Positions 59,790 through 64,000 of a DNA stretch of 64,000 nucleotides are shown in pieces; positions within the stretch are counted from its first letter, which is position 1; every line of letters starts with the position of its first letter. The stretch spans positions 36,570,909 to 36,634,908 of the forward strand of contig NC_083430.1 in NCBI RefSeq assembly GCF_020745735.1. Reading direction: 5' to 3'. Source of the DNA: Hemiscyllium ocellatum. Lineage: Eukaryota. The notes below the pieces were generated by a model. The model was given only the letters and a program-made list of their open reading frames with translations, ran no database searches and was not told the origin of the DNA. A program made the position numbers and the translations under genes.

Positions 59790-61190
59790 ACAATGAAACA
59801 ACTTACAGGAGGAGGAGGCTCCACAAAATCGCACCATGGTCAATGATGGAAGAGCCCAACACATCATTACAAAATATAAGGCTGAAACATTTGCAGCAAC
59901 CTTCAGACGGAAGTGGTGAATGGATGATGCACAGTGGTCTCCTCCACTGATACCCAGCATCATAAATACCAGTCTTCAGCCAATTTGATTCACTCCACAT
60001 GATATGAAGAAAGATTTGGAGGCACTGGATACTACAAATGCTATGCGACCTGACAACATTCTGGCAGTAATACTGTGCTCAAGAACTTGCTATTCTCCTA
60101 GCCATGCTGTTCCAGTACAGTTACAGTACTGGTATCTACCCGACAATGTGGAAAATTGCCCAGGTATGTCCTGTACACAAAACAAGTAAACACAATCCAG
60201 CCAATTACCGCCCCTTTCAGTCTACTTTCAATCATCAATAAAGTGATGGAAGGTGTCATCAACAGTGCTATCAAGCAACATCTGCTCAGCAATAACCTAC
60301 TCAATGCAGCCCAGTTTGGGTTCTGCCAGAGCCACTCAGCTCCTGCCCTCAACACAGCCTTAGTTCAAACATGGATAAAGGAGCTGAATTCCAGAGGTGA
60401 GGTGAGAGTGACAGCTGCATTCAACTGAGTGTGGCATCAAGGAGCCCTGGCAAAATTGGAATCAATGGGAATTGGGGGCAAAGTCTCCACTGGTTGGATT
60501 CATCCCTGACACATAGGAAGATGGTCGTGATTGTTGGAGATCAGTTATCTCAGCTGTAGGACAACTCTGCAGAGTAGTGTTCTAGGCCCAACAATCTTCA
60601 GTTGTTTCATTAATGACCTTCCCTCCATCATAAGGTCAGAAGTGGGGATGTTCACTGATGATTGCATAATGTTCAGCACCATTTGCGACTTCTCACATAC
60701 TGCAGCAGTCCATGTTCAAATGCGACAAGATCTAAATATCCAGACTTTGGACTCTCAATTCATGCCACACAAATGCCAGGCAATGACCATCACAGTAAGA
60801 GACAATCTATCTACTGCCTCTTGACATTCAATGATGTTACCATCACTGAATACCCCACTGTCAATTTTCTGGGGGATTATCATTGACCAGAAACTCAACT
60901 GAACTCATCACAGTGGTTACAAGCGCAGGTTAGAAGCTAGGAATACTGTGGTGAGTAACTCACTTCCTCACTACCCAACACAACCACACACCCTGAACAT
61001 CACCACAAGCAAGTTCTCCTCCAAACCACTCACCATCCTGACTTGGAAATATATCTCCAATTCTTCACTGTCACTGGGTCAAAATCCTGGAATCCCTTTC
61101 CTAAGGGCATTATGGGTTCTACCTTAAGCACAAGGACTATAGTGGTTCAAGAAGACAGGCCAAAACCACTTTCTCAAAGGCAACAAGTAA
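59790..61190 (+). mobile_element. Degenerate CR1/L2-group LINE (RT region to 3' end)
   Basis: ORFs contain MRPDNILAVIL, SLLSIINKVMEGVIN...QFGFCQSHSA and SVLGPTIFSCFINDLP...MFTDDC. Confidence 0.85.
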
Positions 61191-61714
61191 AGGACATCTT
61201 TTTTTAAAAAAATCATTTGTGGGGTGTGGGCATCGCTGGCTGGCCAGCATTTATTGCCTATCCCTAGTTGCCCTTGGGAAGTTGGAGGTGAGCTGCTTTC
61301 TTGAACCACTGTCCACCTGTTTTGGGTTGACTTGTTAGGGAGGGAATTCCCGGATTTTGACCCAGTGGCAGTGAAGAAACAGCAATATATTTCCAAGTCA
61401 TGATCATGAGTGGCTTCAATGGGAACGTGTAGATAGTGATGTTCCCATGTATCTGCTGCTCTTGTCCTTCTAGATGAAAGTGGTCATGGGTGTGGAAGAT
61501 GCTATCTACGGATCTTTGGTGAATTTCTGTAATGCATCCTGTAGACAGTACACACTGCTGCTACAGAGCATCTGTGGTGGGGTGAGTCAATAATTGTGGG
61601 AGTGGTGCAAATTAAGTGGGTTAACTTTGTCCTGGATGGTGTCAAGTTTCTTGAGTGCTGTTGGAACCACACCCATCCAGGCAGGTGGGGAGTATTCCAT
61701 TACACTCCTGCCTT

Positions 61715-62066
61715 CATACGATCCCTACAGTGTGGAAGTAGGCCATTCAATCTATTAAATTCAAACAAACCTTCCAAAGAACATTCCCCCCGACCCACCA
61801 CCTTCTCTATCCCTGTAATGCTGCATTTTCCATGGCTAATCCACATAGCCTACACATGCTTGGACACTATGGGCAACTTATCATGGCCAATCCACCTTAC
61901 TGGCACATTTTTCAACAGTGAGAGGACACTGGAGCGCCTGGAAGAAACCCACACAGATACGGGGAGAATGTGCTAAGTCCATACAGCCAATCATCTGAGG
62001 CTGAAATCAAACCCAGGTCCCTGGCACTGTGAGGCAGCAGTGCTAATCACTGAGCCATTGTGTCAC
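61715..62066 (-). mobile_element. V-domain SINE, minus strand
   Basis: gaaacccacacagatacggggagaatgtgc and ctgtgaggcagcagtgctaatcactgagcca are reverse complements of the SINE V domain and head. Confidence 0.8.
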
Positions 62067-62464
62067 AAGGATATGTGCCTTGTAGATGGTGGAATGGCTT
62101 TAGGGAATCAGGAGATGAGATACTTACCATAGTATTCCCAGCCTCTGACCTGCTGTTACAGCCATTATGGTTATGCAGTGAGTCCAGTTGAGATTCTGGT
62201 CAATGGTAACTCCCAGGATGTTGATAATGGGGGAGTCAGTAAAGGTAATGCCTCAAATATAAGAGACAGTGGTTGGACGTTTCTTATTGGAGATTATCAT
62301 TGCCTGGCATCAATGTTACTTGACACTTATTGTCCAGACCTTTTTGGATTTGAATATGGACTTCTTCAGTGTCTAAGGATTTGCAATGTTGCTGAACATT
62401 GTGCACTCATCAGTGAACATCCCCACTCCTGACACTATGGAGGTGGTAGATCATTGATGAAGTT

Positions 62465-62558
62465 TAAAAATGTGTTGCTGGAAAAGCGCAGCAGGCCAGG
62501 CAGCATCAAAGGAACAGGAGAATCGACGTTTTGGGCATAAGACCTTCTTCAGGAAACT
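62465..62558 (-). mobile_element. Single-arm PLE terminus with 14-bp TSD
   Basis: TSD tcattgatgaagtt at 62451-62464 and 62559-62572; degenerate core cctgaagaaggtcttatgcccaaaacgtcg (minus). Confidence 0.82.
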
Positions 62559-62924
62559 TCATTGATGAAGTTGCTGAGGATGGTTGGGCTGAAGATTTTA
62601 TCCTGAGGAACTCCTGTCCTGGAGCTGAGATGGCTGATGTCTAATAAAAGCACAACCATGCACCAGAAATCAACCAGTGGAGAGTTTGCCCGCCTGACTC
62701 CCATTGATACTAGTTTTGCACGTATAAGTGCAAGTTGTCACAGTGACTCATTCCTTGAGTAAACTGTAACACACTCCGATGTTGCCTGACATTCCAACCA
62801 GACGGTTGGGTACTGTAGGAAAGAAAGAAATTTTCTTCTGCTGTTTTAATGTTTAAAAATGCATTCACTCACAGGATGAGAATGTTGCTGGCAAGGGCGG
62901 CATTTATTGTCTATCCTTAATTGT

Positions 62925-63174
62925 TGAGAGTGTGTTGCTGGAAAAACACAGCAGCTCAGGTAGCATCTGCGGAGCAGTAGAATCAACATTTCAGGCAAAA
63001 GCCCTTCATCATTCCTGAATTGTGAAGTGGAATTAAGCTGCTCTCACATTCCTGATGAAGAGCTTATGCTGAAACGTCGATTGTCCTGCTCCTCGGATGC
63101 TGTCTGACCTGCTGTGCTTTTCTAGCAACACACTCTCGACTCTAATCTCCAGCTTCTGCAGTCCTTACTTTCTC
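62925..63174. mobile_element. Fold-back PLE-terminus element with 14-bp TSD and hammerhead core
   Basis: TSD ctatcc(t/c)taattgt at 62911-62924 and 63175-63188. Plus-strand core ATTC-CTGATGA-AGAGC-TTAT-GCT-GAAAC-GTC at ~63048-63078. Confidence 0.85.
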
Positions 63175-64000
63175 CTATCCCTAATTGTCCTTGAGGAGAT
63201 GTTGTGAGTTGCCTTGAACAATTGCAGCCCTGCAAAGGCATTCCAAGATTTTTAACCAGTGACAGTGAAGGAACAGTGGTATCATTCCAAATCAGGATAG
63301 CGAATGGCTTGGAGAGGAACTTGTAGGTATTGTTGTTCCCTGCCTTTGCAGGGAAAGGTATCTGGTGCCTTTGGCCTTCGAGGTGAAAGAGGTTCCAGGT
63401 TTGGAAGATGGTGCTGAAGGAAAATTGCAATTATCTAAGCATTTTTTAAAAAATTATTCTCACTGAGACTTAGTCTGAATGAACTAATCTTTGAATGGAT
63501 TTTTCAGGAAAAGTATAAGTACATTAAAAAAATTTTAAGTTCCACCAATAACCATCCAGAAGGGTCGAGCAGTCTCAAGGGACTGAATGATCAACTCCTC
63601 CTCATTTTTTTTTAGTTATACATCACGTGTTAATTGAGATTAAACTTTTAATTCTGAACTCAGAGAAGTAATGCCAAGTGCAAATGCGGTATTTTTCTTG
63701 AGCCGTGACTGTTTACACTCATTTTCACACATTTAAATGCTAGAGTATTCGAATGAGATTGGGATGACTTTTAGGAATAACTTGGCATTTCCAAAATAGC
63801 CATAATGTAGAATGCACCTTATCTATTACATCCAAGAAAAGTACCTCTGGCTGAAATAATGTGAACTGATGAAACTCAAAGTTTCTCAAAAAAAGCAATC
63901 CACTATCCAATCCTTTGGGCATGGTAAAATGTTAAACATGCTGTTTTATAATGACAGGTGTACTCTGCTGGGAAATGTGCAGTTTATTACTTCTTTCTGA

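Larger units (their letters stand above)
61205..62790 (-). mobile_element. Same LINE family in opposite orientation, with nested SINE and PLE insertions
   Basis: The 3' end ctggccagcatttattgcctatccctagttgccc and ttttgacccagtggcagtgaag is the reverse complement of ~61064-61086 of the plus copy. Confidence 0.7.

Overview
This is vertebrate genomic DNA, and the SINE, LINE and Penelope content points to an elasmobranch (shark). Three spliced genes lie on the minus strand in the order TRIM63 -> SLC30A2 -> MED30-like. TRIM63/MuRF1 has 9 coding exons (58296..41006, 349 aa). SLC30A2/ZnT2 has 8 coding exons (32137..17516, 386 aa), including one GC-AG intron. The MED30-like gene is divergent, with 3 coding exons visible (10451..3679); its last exon is probably left of the window. 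Its position and divergence suggest a whole-genome-duplication ohnolog of MED30 that mammals lack. The introns and intergenic DNA carry CR1/L2 LINE fragments, V-domain (HE1-like) and Deu-domain SINEs, a Tigger-like MITE and solo-LTR-like pieces. The most striking repeat class is more than a dozen Penelope-like-element (PLE) insertions. Many are fold-back (inverted-repeat) units flanked by 7-15 bp target-site duplications, and many carry minimal hammerhead-ribozyme cores (CTGATGA-stem-GAAAC-GTC). One copy holds a perfect tandem pair of cores between the SLC30A2 poly(A) signal and the MED30-like promoter. All calls are from reading the sequence by eye; comparisons to human genes and repeat families are from memory and need alignment.
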